A DNA stretch of 64,000 nucleotides from assembly GCA_907165135.1 (NCBI GenBank), contig OU015567.1, positions 5,766,001-5,830,000 on the forward strand. The letters run 5' to 3'. The stretch is from Oikopleura dioica. Lineage: Eukaryota > Animalia > Chordata. The position numbers and the translations under genes are program-made. A model generated the notes under the pieces. That model did not search any database. It was not told the DNA's origin and worked only from the letters and a program-made list of their open reading frames with translations. Shown here piece after piece: positions 1 to 13,200 of this stretch (position 1 is its first letter; every line of letters starts with the position of its first letter).

Positions 1-36
1 GGGCCAACTAGCTACTCTCAAAGTACGCTTTTTCAG

Positions 37-347
37 TCATTCTTCTTTCTATCGAGTTCTAGTGCGAAACGGGGCAAAGATCAAGTTCACCCGAGGAAAA
101 GACATCCTCACTGGTTTCGTCTGCTGGGTCGGGGAAACGCCAAAAGGCTCGAAAATCATGCGAATCGGGGCTGAAACTGAAGAGCCTCTTGCTAACCCAG
201 GTTGGTAAGAGATTGGGAATCAGCGATTCTTACTGTTCAGACGACTGTGGAGACTTGTGGGAAGGAGACAAGACGAAGCAGGTGCTTCTTGCTCTGGACA
301 AAATCATCGTCGCCTGGGACTGGGAAACCATCTTGCCCAAGTTGTAG
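37..347 (+). CDS. 3' end (last two exons) of an unidentified gene entering from the left edge
   Basis: Acceptor TTTCAG at 36; exon 37-200 (HSSFYRVLVRNGAKIKFTRGKD...), 40-nt GT-AG intron 201-240, exon 241-347 ending ...WETILPKL*; AATAAA at ~388. Confidence 0.7.
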
Positions 348-426
348 TTTTTGTGTTAAACCCTTCTAGTTGCATATAAACACGCGATAATAAACACAGC
401 ATTTTTGCATTTATTCTCCGCTCTTA

Positions 427-1120
427 TCACAAATGCGAAGGGCCGGCTTCATTTGACGAGTCCAACTGGCCGACCTGCTCGTTTTCAAAAGCTTCGTTGT
501 TGTTATTTTTTGCAGGTGCGGGCGGCTCCTGGTACAACTCTTCCCGCTCTGAATTTTTCTCATTAAAAATCGCTTCGGTACTTTGTGAAGAAAAGGGTTG
601 ATTTCCGCTGGGCTGTGTTCCAAATACAATTTCACTTTTTGATAAATTTTTCGGAAAATCCGATGCGGCGGCGGATCAATGCAGCGAATTTGGAATTCCA
701 CTTTCCGCGGCGCGCTACTTCCGATTCAAACCGCCGCTCTTGGCATCGTCGAATCCGCCAAGAAGGGAGTTTTTGATGTTTTACCTTTGCTCCTGATCTT
801 GTACTTTCTGTTCATGTAAGCAACCCAGGCGACGCCGAGGACCCAGACAATCGCTCCTTTTGAAACAAAATTGCATTATTTTTGTTGAGTTTTCAAACCG
901 ATTATGGTCAGCGAGAGGTTGAGTTTCATGAACGGCTCGTAGCCCGGCGAGTTTCTCTTCAAATCTTGAGTTCTGGTTACTCAACTTTTCATTTTAATGA
1001 TTTTCTGCTTAAAAATGCAACCGGGCCCATGAGCTTTTCTTGAGAATTGCGAAAACGTAAAAGGTTGTCGACAAAGTTGTTTTTGGCGAGAATGAGCTTG
1101 TCGTTTCCAAATCTAACCAT
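427..1120 (-). CDS. Probable small single-pass membrane protein; exon structure uncertain
   Basis: Splicing exons ~929-899, ~857-786 and ~714-427 gives MKLNLSLTIIGAIVWVLGVAWVAYMNRKYKIRSK (TM segment plus basic stop-transfer) and a polar tail ending ...NEAGPSHL*. A possible upstream ATG exon lies at 1120. Confidence 0.45.
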
Positions 1121-1410
1121 CTTTTCTCTTTTTCGAAAAATGAATGATTTCTATTCTGGATTCCGGATTTCTGTCAGTTTAAAAAGCGACTGTGCAAACT
1201 CGTAAAATTGAAAAAGCAGCTCTTGCAATTTCAGGAAAAAAGAAAATCGTCAATTTGAAATTGAGCTTTTTCTCCGAAAAAGAGAAATATTTATTAATTT
1301 AAACCGTCGTTTTTAAAAATAAACAAACAGAAATAAAATAGCAATTTAACGAGGTAGAGTGAGTTTTCGGTGGTGGCGTTTCAAAGTGTTTGTACAAAGG
1401 TTTTTCGAGT

Positions 1411-4296
1411 TTAAAAATATACAGCGTTGTTGTCTTCGGAATGAACTCGGGAATTGAGGGGCGCGCGGACGGGCGAGGCTGCCGCGGAACTCAGGTCGGC
1501 TTGAAAACCGGTTGCGCCGGAGAAGGGACGGCTGGCCCTTCTTGTGGACGTGTGGCGCAGCGGAATGGAGTTCTGAAAAGGAGCATTTAGAAATTGATTG
1601 AGGACTGAATGATTATTGAAGGTTCAGTAAACTGAATCAGTGCTGTACCTGAGAGTGATCAGAAACATTGGTGGAGTGGGTGACTTCAGTCCTGTTCGAA
1701 TTGGCAGGTGCGGCTTCTACTTTATCGGAGCCGAGCGAGCTGGCAGACGTCGTCTTCAAATCGGAATGGCCGAACAGCAGTGGAATTTGCTCTCTCGCCA
1801 CTTTTTCGGATTCAAAGATTTCTCGTGGGTACTCTGCCATCGCTGAAATTCAATTTTAGAAAATAGTCTTTTTCGGAAAATAAAGTTTTTTGGTTGATTT
1901 TAGTTGAAAAACGTACCTTCGTGTTTTCCCTCGGATTTCATCAGTCTCAGTTGTTGTTGAGCGATTTCGAAGGCGGCTGCGTTTGGCTTGATTTTCTGCG
2001 GACTCTGGTGGAAGTTTCGGTCGAGCTCGGAGTAGAGTTGAAATTCTCGTTCCAGCGCGTGTTTGTCCGCGACGACGGCGGCTGTTACTTCCTCGCTATC
2101 GGAGCGGAAGTTAAAGACACAAGCCGTCACCAGAATCAGTAAAAAGCCAACACAGACTAATATTCCCCAAAGCGCAAAGTCGGGCCCTTCCTCTTCGTTT
2201 TCGCTGAATTGGCGGGGCATGCTGATTCGCGGCGGAGTTTGGAGATTCGAGTTCTCGACTTTCTGGACGAAGGAAATTCGAATGGCGAAGCCGCAACTGA
2301 CCAGAGCTGGGTTTCTGTTGTAGACAATGCTCGCGTTCCTCGCTTGGTGGTGGGCGAAGCGACCGAGGCCGTTGATTTTCAAGTCGTCGGAACTTTCGTG
2401 GTTTACGAAAAACAACTCTTCCTGGACTTCGTCGTCGAGGTGGACGACTTCCATGACGAGGGACTCGCAGTCGGCGCATTGAAAGTCCCATTGAAGCTTG
2501 TTTTCTGGCTTTTCTTGGCAACGCCAGGGCGCGGGCGAGTAGACGAAGCCGCCTTCTGGGCCGATTTTGGAACAGCCGCATTCGCAGTTTTCTTCTTCTT
2601 GCTTTCGAGACATGTCCCACGGGCTCGGACACAGTTGTCGGTCTTTGACGGCAAAGTCAATTAGCCCCGTGCCGGTCTGGGAGTCAGAAGAGCACTGCGC
2701 TCCTAGACCCAGAGGAGTAGGATTGGAGCAGGAGCGGGTAGAGAAGGACCACTCGGTACTCGACTGCTGCATGATGAAGTCGTTTGGATCGGTGATCGAG
2801 CACGGCGAGTAACACTGCTTGGGCGGCGACCACTTCGCCCAGTCGCCGTTGATGCTCGGGACCGGCCGCTGAGGTAGGGAAAAGCAGCGAGAAGCGCGGA
2901 CCTGGTCCAAGTGGTCGAGATATTCCAAGCAGGCGCCGTGGACGGAAGCAGAGCGGATCCAGGAGCAAGGAATCGAAGTCGAGATTTCATCCGCGCGGAT
3001 TGAGAGCATCTTTGGACTCTGAAGCTGCTTGCCGCTCGAGTGTTTTGGGACGAACTGAAAAGATATAATTTAGAAAAAACAGACTCTATCGCGTGAGAAG
3101 CGAAGCCGGCTCGATCAAATATTTTGATAAATGTAAATTTAAATTCAGCGTTAATTCAATTACTTTCCAGGAGCGGCGAAACTTGGCAGGCTCTTTTTGT
3201 TTTAAAACAAAATTGCAAAATGTATATTTTAGCATGTCACGTGATCTATTATTGCTGAGATGCGTTATCTAGGAAACGGGGAGGCTATCTGATCTTTCGA
3301 GAAATAATAAGCTAAATTGAATCAATAGCGAAAAGTAGTAGATTCAATAGATCCAATATTTTTACAAGTTATCGCTTGTTTCGCCACACGTCTTATCAAA
3401 AACTGCGTCTTACCCTTATCCGATGGTTGTTGGCACAGGGCGGCGATCTGTAGTTGACTGCAAACTCGTCGCCCCGATCGCATTTGCTCAAGATTCCGGT
3501 ATCGCGCTCGACGGCGGGAATTTCCAGCTCGTAGATGTCGTTCTCGTTGACCGTCAAGACATCTGAGTAGACGACGTTGCCGAGCGCGCGGTCACGCTCG
3601 TCCAAAATGTCCGTCCGGATGCGATAACGTCCAGGAACGTCCATTTTGCCACAGGAAACGGTGATCGTCTCGGTTGGAAAGGCATAGATTTCCCGGGCAT
3701 TTGCCACTTCGCTCCAGCTCTCCACGCTTTCTGATGATCGTTCCAGAGCGACGGAGAGGGTGAACTTCTTGTTGGAACAGAGCTCGCGCAGTCTGTAGGA
3801 TCCGAAGGCCATTACGTCGCCAGTCAAAGCGGGCACTTCCGACTGAGTGAAGTTGATCGCGTACGAAGGGTAGGAGGAGATCACTTTCTTTTCTTCGTAC
3901 ATTACTGGGCCGCCGCTGTAGTCGTACAGACGCACACTGTATTCGCCTGAAAGTCAAGACGTTAATTAAGCTTTTTCTTTAAAACAATAATTTCACTAAG
4001 ATTCGAGTTGATTGATTTACCTGGCTGAATGAAGTTCTCGCAGCCAAAGTTCATGGTGACGCTGTGCTCGGAATTGGTCTGCACGAACTTGTGCGATTTG
4101 ACGGGCGAGTTGTCAAGAAAGAGTCGCAGTTCGGGACGTTTGAGTTGAGCGTTGGCGATGCTGATTTTGACACTGGCGTCGTTGGAAAGTAGATTGGAAG
4201 GCCAGGAGACGTCTCCTTCGATCTGCGCCGAGCCGAGGCAGAAAATACTCAGCAGAAGAGCTGAAATGAGAATAATTAACTGCGAGTTCGTTTCAT
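1411..4296 (-). CDS. THSD1: THSD1-like type I membrane protein (signal peptide, THSD1-type N-terminal domains, TSP1 repeat, extra extracellular domain, TM, cytoplasmic tail)
   Basis: Exons ~4260-4021, ~3948-3414, ~3054-1917, ~1845-1646, ~1576-1411 join in frame. MNFGCENFIQPGEY and VNYRSPPCANNHRI resemble THSD1 N-terminal domains; TSP1 motif WAKWSP..CYSPC...RSCSNPTP; TM FALWGILVCVGFLLILVTACVF. The start codon at 4296 is speculative. Confidence 0.7.
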
Positions 4297-6441
4297 TAAC
4301 AAGTGGCGCCTTCGAAAAAGTGGCTTGGAAGTGAGTAAATCAAAACTTGAACCCGGGCGCGCAGCTCTGTTTACGCTACAGCAAGCTCACTACAAAAATA
4401 TTATCTACAAGTGGGAAAATATTTAACCAAGAACGCACAAGCTGTCACACATTGTTTCCCCCACAAGCTGCAAACGTAGATGAACACGGGGCTAAGAAGA
4501 CGAGCCGGAACCGCTGGAAAAAGGCGGAAAGATTGAAAAGCAAAACTGGTTGGAGACTTTGAAATTTTAGATTTTCGTTCACGCGCTGAGGAATATTTGC
4601 GCAAGGGAGGTTTAGGCTGCCTTTCTTTTGATGTTTGGTCTGTTTATTCTAGAGCTGGAAATTTCCGTGTTACGTAAAGATAAGACACCCCAAAAACTAC
4701 CAATCTAAGTATACCCAATCTAGCTCATTATTCACCGCGATAAAAGAGTCCCAAAAAGTGTCTTGGTTCAAACCGCGATTAATTTTTCACAGCACCACTC
4801 ATTTAAAATATTTTAAAAACAAGCCCTTCTCATCAATAATGACGAGTTGTCTACGTTTAGGCTGAACATGCATTCATTATTCAAGCAACAAATCTGATGA
4901 TGTATTCGCTCCAGTGGCCGCTTTAGCTTTTAGCTTTTGGGGGCTAAAATCGCTAATAAGCCGAGAATTAGAAACAGTTCATTACTTTTCACGCTTTTGA
5001 GTTTTTCGTTTTAGAAAATGCTGTTCAAGCTGTTTTTATAAAAAGAACAATCGTTTTTCGTATGGGAACTTTCATTTAGCTTTCGTCGGTTGTCAGAACC
5101 TAACCCTAACTTGTCACCTTAACCTCAGCGCAGGTGTGGAAGGTCCACTCACAGTCTCAAGTCAGTGGCCATTTTAGCGCAGTTCAGGTGACCAAGCATG
5201 AAGTGATTTTGAATTTCACGTCTCCCCAGCTAATAAACCCTCATTTAGTCAGCTGCACCTGTTTTTCGTTTTTTCTCGCCTGGCAGCAAAATCAAAACAG
5301 AAAAAGGGCGAATTAATCCAATCCACCGGAAATTAACCAAAAATAATGAGCACAATTTGAAAACAAGCAAAAATGCAAATTCTAGCTCTCTTTTTCGAAA
5401 TCCAAAAAAAGCAGATTCAGAAGAATTTTGAATTCCCATGCTTTGCTCAGCGCTTTGCCCTTGTTCGGCATTTCCGGAAGACGGACGAATAAATTCCACA
5501 TTTGCTAATGCTTCCTATTTTTTTGAATTGATTTCTCTGGGAAAATTTTCAAAAGGCATTTTTCATTTTCGCGGAGAAAAATGGCGATAATTGAATTACA
5601 AGAGCCTGTCGACCGCGAAATACCGCTCGATTCGTTCTGGCGGCTGGATTAGGCGACTAACACTAAACGTACACGGGTTGAATTTTACAGTCGCAGTTCA
5701 ATGAGTTCTGAAAAGGTTTTAAATTGATTCAAAGACAAGATCGCTTGAAAAAATAGACGAAGACGACTAATTACTCCCTTTTTAGACAATTTACTGCGCC
5801 CCTGGAGCATAAAACCGTCTTCTTTGATTTACAGTTTTTTCTGCTCTGTAAGGTCACCACATCTGCGACAGTAAAAACAGAAATTCGGCCTGGAACTTCC
5901 CTTGATATTCAAAATTGACGCAAGGGCGGATTCGAAACGAGCTGATAGAACAGTGCCATTTGCTTGAAATTTTCAGAAAAGCGCTGCTTCAAAGGTCAAA
6001 GCATTCGATTTACAGCGCCTCGAATTTCGGGTGATTCTTAAAGCGGCGATTTATTGGAAGCAATAAAATCGTAATTCCGAGCAGAATTTAGCCCGACTCA
6101 GTGTCTCATCGCCTGTCCGATGAAGGAGTTATTTATAGTGGTTAATTTTTCGAACTGAATTGGAAATAAGCGCCGCCAAGTGTCCGTAAAAATTAAAACT
6201 GTCCACTTTCGCGTCCGTCAATCTGTGTTTCTGTCGTTTTCCCATCGAGCATTTTCAAATTTGCAAGATCAAAGCGCAAAAACTAGCGGCGAAAAACTGA
6301 GAAGCTGTCGTAATTAATCCCGCTTGAGCGGTGATTTATGAGCTGCTCGTTTTCATGCCAAATTTGAGGAGTCGCAGCGAAATGAGAGGACAACTGTTTA
6401 CTTCAACTTTGTTTTAACTTTGTGTGCCCAACTGTCAAACT

Positions 6442-7261
6442 AGGTACCCGCTGAAGTCAAAAGGGCAATTTTCAACCCCTGTTATATGGCACTTCCAGTG
6501 TGCCCATATGGCGTATGATAGTCGGAACTTACTTTTTAGCCAAGAAAAAAATTTTTTTTTTCAAAAAAATTTTGCACGTGACCATATTTTCCTTGAAAAT
6601 TGATGTTTTTCGGCTGTCATTTGTGAGCCTAAAAGAGCCTAAAAATGATTCACATACTGGACGAAAGAGCAGAAAAAATGCTTTCAGAATCTGTGCTCCA
6701 TGGTATTGCAGGGTACTGCAGAGACATTCTAGAGACATTTGAATGTCGGAAATTCCGATTTTCGGCCGAGCACGGGTGTTCGAATCCCGATGATGACACT
6801 TTTTTTTCGAAGCGTTTTTGATTGCCATCTTAGAATAATAATTAACACATGCTTCTTAAACCATCTTGAGGTCGCAAGAGAGCTTAAGAACCTCAAGCCC
6901 ATTTTTAATTGAAAGCCAGGGACGACAGGTTTTAAAAATCAAATAATGTTTCGAGAAAATCTTACTTTTTCGACTTTCGATGACCTCAAATGACCCAAAG
7001 ATGAACTTTTTTCGAGCTTCTGACCTCGTAATAAAATTTTTGAGGGTTGAAATAGTATTTTCACATGGATTAAAACCGAAAATATTGCTATTAGAAAACC
7101 CCACTTTTTCAAATTTTGATGACCTCTGGTGACCCCAAGATGAACTTTTTTCGAACTTTAGACCTTGGAATCGAAGTTCTGGGTACTAATTTACTATTGT
7201 CCCAAAGTTTCATCCAAAAAGGGATACGTAATCGACCACTTATTTTTTTCAGCGGGTACCT
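6442..7261. mobile_element. Non-autonomous Mutator-like DNA transposon, 820 bp
   Basis: Perfect 14-bp TIRs AGGTACCCGCTGAA / TTCAGCGGGTACCT; flanking direct repeat ACTGTCAAACT at 6431-6441 and 7262-7272; internal ~47-bp direct repeat at 6979 and 7118; no transposase ORF. Confidence 0.85.
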
Positions 7262-10200
7262 ACTGTCAAACTCCGTTTCGGGCACCGCCGCAGGGACTAC
7301 AGTCTTTTGACAAGCAGAACTGGGATTCTGAGGGCGGTTTATGCGAAAAAAGCAGAAAAGATTGAATTCGAAGCTCTGGGAGCAAAAATCAAAAACGAAG
7401 AAACTTTGATAAATGAGACAGAAAAACAATTCGGCGATTAGATTTCCCGGAACTTTGGTTTTTTGGAAATTAGCTCAAGTGGGCGCAAAATTGACAAAGG
7501 GTGAGGATATTGGCTTACTCCAAAAAACGAAAAAGAAGAAAAAGAGCGTGCTGAATTTTCGATTAATTCAGTAGAATTAGAAACAAGAGCGCTTTTGTTG
7601 ACCTTTGGAAGCTGGGCGATGTGTGAATGTGAAATTTAGCCTTGCTAGTTTACCAAAAGTCAACTGGGCTCCGCTCAGGCTCTTGGCTCTGCGCCTAGCT
7701 AATAATTATTCCAAAAACGCGCTGCCCAGTTTTTCCACTTTTTCTTAATTGAGGCGATTTTGCGATTTTAAATTCAATGTAAATCGGCGCTTTTTTGATC
7801 TTCAATTTTTAAAATCTTGAAATCGACAAATCTCGCTGTTGATTCAGCTTTTCATTCAAACCGAGCTAGTTTCTATTGAAGTCTGAGCAGAAGTCTGACA
7901 AGGCTTTAAATTTAATGCTCTCAAAAAGAAGGAAAGCGAGTTCAAAGATCGAGGAGCGTAACATTCCTTTCTTTTTCGAACTTCGGACTCTTCAATTAAA
8001 ACTCAAGAAAGTGTCAGCAACTGAAAAAGAAGCTCGATAAGAATGTTGTTCATCTTGCTTCTATCGCTCTTCAGAATTTGCTTTGCGCGCCTCTATTGTA
8101 GCGACCGAGTTCCGTCTTTCCAAGATTCAAAAAACAACAGCGGCAATACTGTAATTACGTTAAGAACGCTCAGTGACATATTTCTGACGTAGATAAGTAG
8201 TTCTACGTGGATGAGTTGTTTTAGTTACGCGACAATCAAAAAAATAGTCAAAACAAAGCGAAAATGCGAAAAGCTAAGTAGGCCTCTTGAGGAAATCCGA
8301 CCGGAAAGGCAGCAAACGCAAATGTTCGATACAGTCAGTTTCCAGTTTTCAAGCGTTTTCGAAGTCTTAAAATTCGTATTTCTAATTTTGTTATGCATCA
8401 ACTTCGAATTTCGGCTAATCGATCAAACTTTTCAAACTTTTGAATTTCGCTCCTTTTGATAGTCGCTTTCTTTCTCGATTTTATTTTACGATGAATTTTT
8501 ACGGCCCGGAATTAAAAAAAAAGAAGGATGATCTTTTTCGCGCGAAAAAGAAAAGCGGTGAATAATTTATCACACGCGTGTTCCGAAACTGAACGATGAG
8601 CTGATGTTTGAAAAGATGGCGAAAATCTCACTCAAGTGACATCTATTACCGCCGGGGCCGCTTCTGTCGACAAGGAGCGCTTACTGCCACGTGATTTACA
8701 GCCAGGCCGGAAATAGTGGCTTCTTATGGAAATTCGACGTGGGAATTCATTTTTCTGTCTTCACTTTGCATTTCCACTTTTCGAGCAATTTTGAAGAAAA
8801 GCCAATTTTTGAAAAATAATTTTTTCCTCGAAAATGATCATTTTTGAAACCGAGACTAACACTCTTAAACTTTTCAAAAAACTCAAAAGCACTTGTTTCA
8901 GCTCGGAAGCGATCAAAGGAGCACGAGTACGCTCTTGTCGCCAAAAAGAAAGGTGTCAAGTTTAACCTTGAAAAATTGAGGCAAAGCGCAATGAATTGTG
9001 GCTTCGCCATTGTTCGAAAAAAAGCACCTGGCGTCAGTTGTAAATCTCGCGCAGCAGGGGGCTGCTCCACTTTCGACGCAGCGGGTGGTCGATTGATAAG
9101 AGCCCCTTTCTTTTTATATTTTCTGGCATTTCCCACTGAAAGTGCAAAATCGACTTCAATCGACTTCTTCCAAAAGCCGGATTAATTCGCTTTTAGAAAA
9201 AAAACGCGTAAATTTTTCGGAAACCGTGATAAGCCACCAAAAAATAGCGATAAGAGCAAAACCATAGCAACCGAAAGAAGCTTCCTCTGGAATTTTATAA
9301 TCGAACATTCGATATTATCGAGTCGATAAGCCATCAAATCCGGAATTTTAAAGAAGAAAAAGCACAATTTTTAAAACACTTTCTCCCTCTTTTTCAGCCT
9401 GAAAACTAGAATTTGATCAGTAAGAAACTTCTAAAGCTCCAAATTAGAGTAGCCCGACATCGTAAAGTGCTGATAAGCGTCTTTACTACCCATTGATTGC
9501 CGAAAAGTAGCGTTGCGCCGCGGGCCAAAATGGAATTTCAACCCTTTTTTTGTCAGAAGAAATCTTACCTTTCATTGTTTGCCGCTTTATTTTCTTTTGA
9601 ATCTCTTCTTCTTAAAATCTCTTGCTCGTGTTCATTATTTTAAAGGATTGCGATGAATATTTTTTCAATTTGAATTTTACAGCGCAAAAATTGCTGAAAG
9701 TTTGCCGTAATGTGAAGTGTATCAACAGAGCGGGCGCGCTCCTCGTCGCACCGGAGAACGCCTCGCTGGCGACACCTGGCCAGCGCCGCGCTGGTGGAGC
9801 GCCTTGACCTGCGCGCAATGCGAAAACGCGCTAACTTCGCCGCTCGAAAGTTTTAACCCATCTCCGTCTGCTTGTCAAACTTTTGGCATTAAAACATGGA
9901 CCATACTTTGAACATATCAATTATAAAAGCACTGTTTTGTTAATAATTTAATTATTAACAAAATTTGTCGTCAAAAGCCCGAAATAATTGGTGCCACTCC
10001 CTTAAATCTTTTCCGCGCTACATGGACCGGCGTGATGGACTTATCGGCATCCGCGAAAACCGCAAGAAAGGCAGCCGAGCGTGGTGGAACCTTTCGGACA
10101 ATCTGACGTTGCCCAAACAAGATTTCTGAATCGCTTGGTATTTTTGAAACGGAAAAGGGATGATTCTCTTTTTCGAGAGTTTCTGGATTAGACAGCTTCA

Positions 10201-13200
10201 ATTTGACCTTCGTTTGAGATCTCGCCACGGCGAAAAACATGAATATTCAATGGCAAAGTCTGTGTCTGTCATTTTCAATCCCAAATCGTCAAATTTCATG
10301 TATCGGCGGTCGATGTAAAATCTGCGCAGATTGTAGTTTTTGCGGTCGGACGAAGCCAGCGTGGCGAAATTTCAACCGGCCGGTTCACTTCAAAATTTCG
10401 CTGCGGAACGAATTCAGAAACCATTTCTTAGATTCACTCTTACAGCAAAAATCTCGATCGCCAGTGCGCCAGAAATAAAACAAAGTGGAGTTAGTTATGC
10501 TAATCCTTGAATTTCTCGCCAAATTTGCATAACTTTCCAAGTACTTTTTTCATCGAGAAAAAAGCTCTTGCTGGGTTCTCACGCGACTTTGACCATGAAT
10601 CTTTCAAATGACGAAGGAGCAGATTTGAGAAACAGAAAACAAGTAGTTAGATAATCTGTGGAGGCATTAAACCCTCGGTGAATCAAAAGATCTTGATTCT
10701 GCAGGTGCGATTTCTAGCCGTAGATTCGCGCAGCTTAGAAACGAAGAGAGAGAAGTATCTGCCCTAAGCCGCTGCGGTTGATATCAGCGCGGCATCAAAA
10801 AGAACGCAGGAACTGGCCGACTCCCGGAGCCAACCAAGAGGTCACATGATTAACGAGATCTTCGAGCAGGAGCACCTGCAGATTCGTCAATTTCAATGTT
10901 TTGTAGTGCTAAATATTGTTTTAGCATTCTTCATTAAGAGGCTAATTGCCGGTCGCGCTCTCGATTCTTTTTCGGTTAAATCGATAGGAATTAAAAACTA
11001 CTTCCGGCGGGAGAACTGTAATCCGCCTCCGCCCACTGTGCCAGCGAGGCCCCAGGTGAACCTGCTGAAGGATAATCGCTCGCTGGGTCAATCCCTCCGC
11101 AGGGAATCTTGAGGACAGCTTTAGTGAAGTTATGTTTTGAGCTAATACCAATTTTTGGTATTCGAATACCAAAAAATTTTGGTACACGAATCGAGCGTCC
11201 CCGGAAAAAAGAGCAATCAATCTTTCAAAAATATGTTATTCGTATTTGTAGAAGCAGTGCTTCGCGAAATCGCTTTTAAAAATTGACAAAAAAACATCGC
11301 TCAACGAAAACTAAAAGCAAATTTATTATCATCAACGGTTTGCCAAGCTCTTGGCCTTTATCAACGCGGTTTTAGCTGCTTCAAAAGAAACTTCTGATAA
11401 GCTTTAACGAGCTCTTGAATGGAGCAACCGCCATATAAAAAAATCGGCAAAAGCTCGAAAAATATGTAGCCACTTTTAAAACGTGCCTTTTCACACTTAG
11501 AGTATTCGTACTTCCAAGCATCTGTGTAGTCCCTTTGAGGGGCCGCTCCCGGGAGCGTGTTTTGTCCACAAAAGCCGCGGTTGAAAATGTTCTCAAGCTC
11601 TCAGCCCGTTTTTTTTGCAGAATTCCAAACGCGCGGAAATGCACAATCCAAAGAAACAGCAATACCAATTGGTACTCCAAGAGAATTGACCAAACAAACG
11701 GCAAATTCGGCAGATTCTGGCGTTTTCATTCCTCAAATTCCAGCTTATTTGAAAAAGTATCATCCTCATTGCTGAAGCAAATTTCAGCTTCGAAAAAGAG
11801 CATAAAATCGTCGCCTAATTTCCCTTTTGACAGGAGCCAATTTAGCGCAAGCACCAGCCTCATTAGTTCGAAAAAGCCACAGCTCGCCTGCTGTGGGAAT
11901 TTTTATTGAAGGAAATTTGGGTCATGCGATTTTGCGTAACTTGCTAACCTCAAAATATGCAGCGCACGTGACCTCAACTTTTTCCGAAAATATTTACTCT
12001 TGTTCAAAAAAAGGCTCCCAGCAATTTGTTTTTACTGCAAATAAGCAGGTTTAAGGGTGCATATTGATAACTCCATCGTTGAAAATTTCACAAATCAAAA
12101 AGAAGAGTTAGATTTCAGACTCCTTTCATCCCTTTTTCGCACATGAGTCGAAGTCCCTTCTGCCCTACTTCGCCTTCTGGCCGGTTATTTTCGCAAGTTA
12201 TATGAAAGAAGTTAGCCGGGCCAATATTTATCTTGTCAAAAAGTGTATCTTTTGGATTAGGCCGATTTCACCCTTTTCCCGCGTCTCAGATCTCTTTCTC
12301 CTCCTTGCAGCTGCAGAACGGGACAAGGTCAAGGCCAACTTACGCGCTGGAAAGTGCAATGTTTGTTTTGCTCGTTTTTCAAGTGATAGGAAATCCATTT
12401 TCCCATCAGATTTTGGAGATTTGGATTACTCGTTTTTTTCTGTTTCAAAGTGGGCGGAGATGCACGGGAGGGGTTATTAAACGATTTACCGTTTTTTGAT
12501 CGATAGTCTTACTGTAGTAGAAATTCAGTAAGGCTTAGTAAGACCTTATGAGGTGATAATTGAAGGTGAGAACGAAGCGTTTTTTGAATAAAACTTTGCT
12601 TGCAAAAGCAATCCGAGATCTCAGAAACAAACATTGTTATTTGCGTTTATATGCTTGCCTCTCAGCGTGTGCCCAAACTTCATAATTTATTTGTCAGCCG
12701 TTCTGGTAGCCGGACAGGTTTGACGATTTCATTAAGGACCATAAAGATTTGCTTTGGGTCCCTGCCAGACTTTCCTTTCTGCTGATCAATATTACGGCGA
12801 ATGTATAAAATACAAATTGAAGGAGTCCCGAAAGTGGAGAATCAATTTTTCAGATGGCAATCGATCGAAGTTGTCCAAAAATTAGGGTAAGCGATTTCCG
12901 ACTAATTGAACTCAAAAGTGCAAAAGCCGACCGAAAAGGGGTTCCCACCATCAGTGATGGTCCATCAGCGAACTGAATTTTTGATTGAGCAGATTTTGAA
13001 GAGCTTCAATTCTCCTATAAAAAATAAGGGCGTCACCAAGCTAAATCTTCCCGAAAAAAAAAAGAATATTCCAAACGCTCAAATAAGCCCTTTTTTTCTA
13101 AAGTGAAGGGCCAAACACAACTTCACCTTTCACCGAGTCTTTTTTTGGCCACTTGACCGAGGACTTTGCCGAGTAGGAGGCAAACAAATCGCCGTTGTTT

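Noticed and set aside
2111-2990. Several 80-170-aa ORFs overlapping the THSD1-like exon
   Set aside because: Shadow frames of a GC-rich coding exon; no motifs.
5095-5125. TAACCCTAAC telomere-like sequence
   Set aside because: Fewer than two full units; expected by chance.
6765-6790. GTTCGAATCCCG B-box/T-arm-like motif suggesting a tRNA or SINE
   Set aside because: No A-box, D arm or acceptor stem; it lies inside the TIR element.
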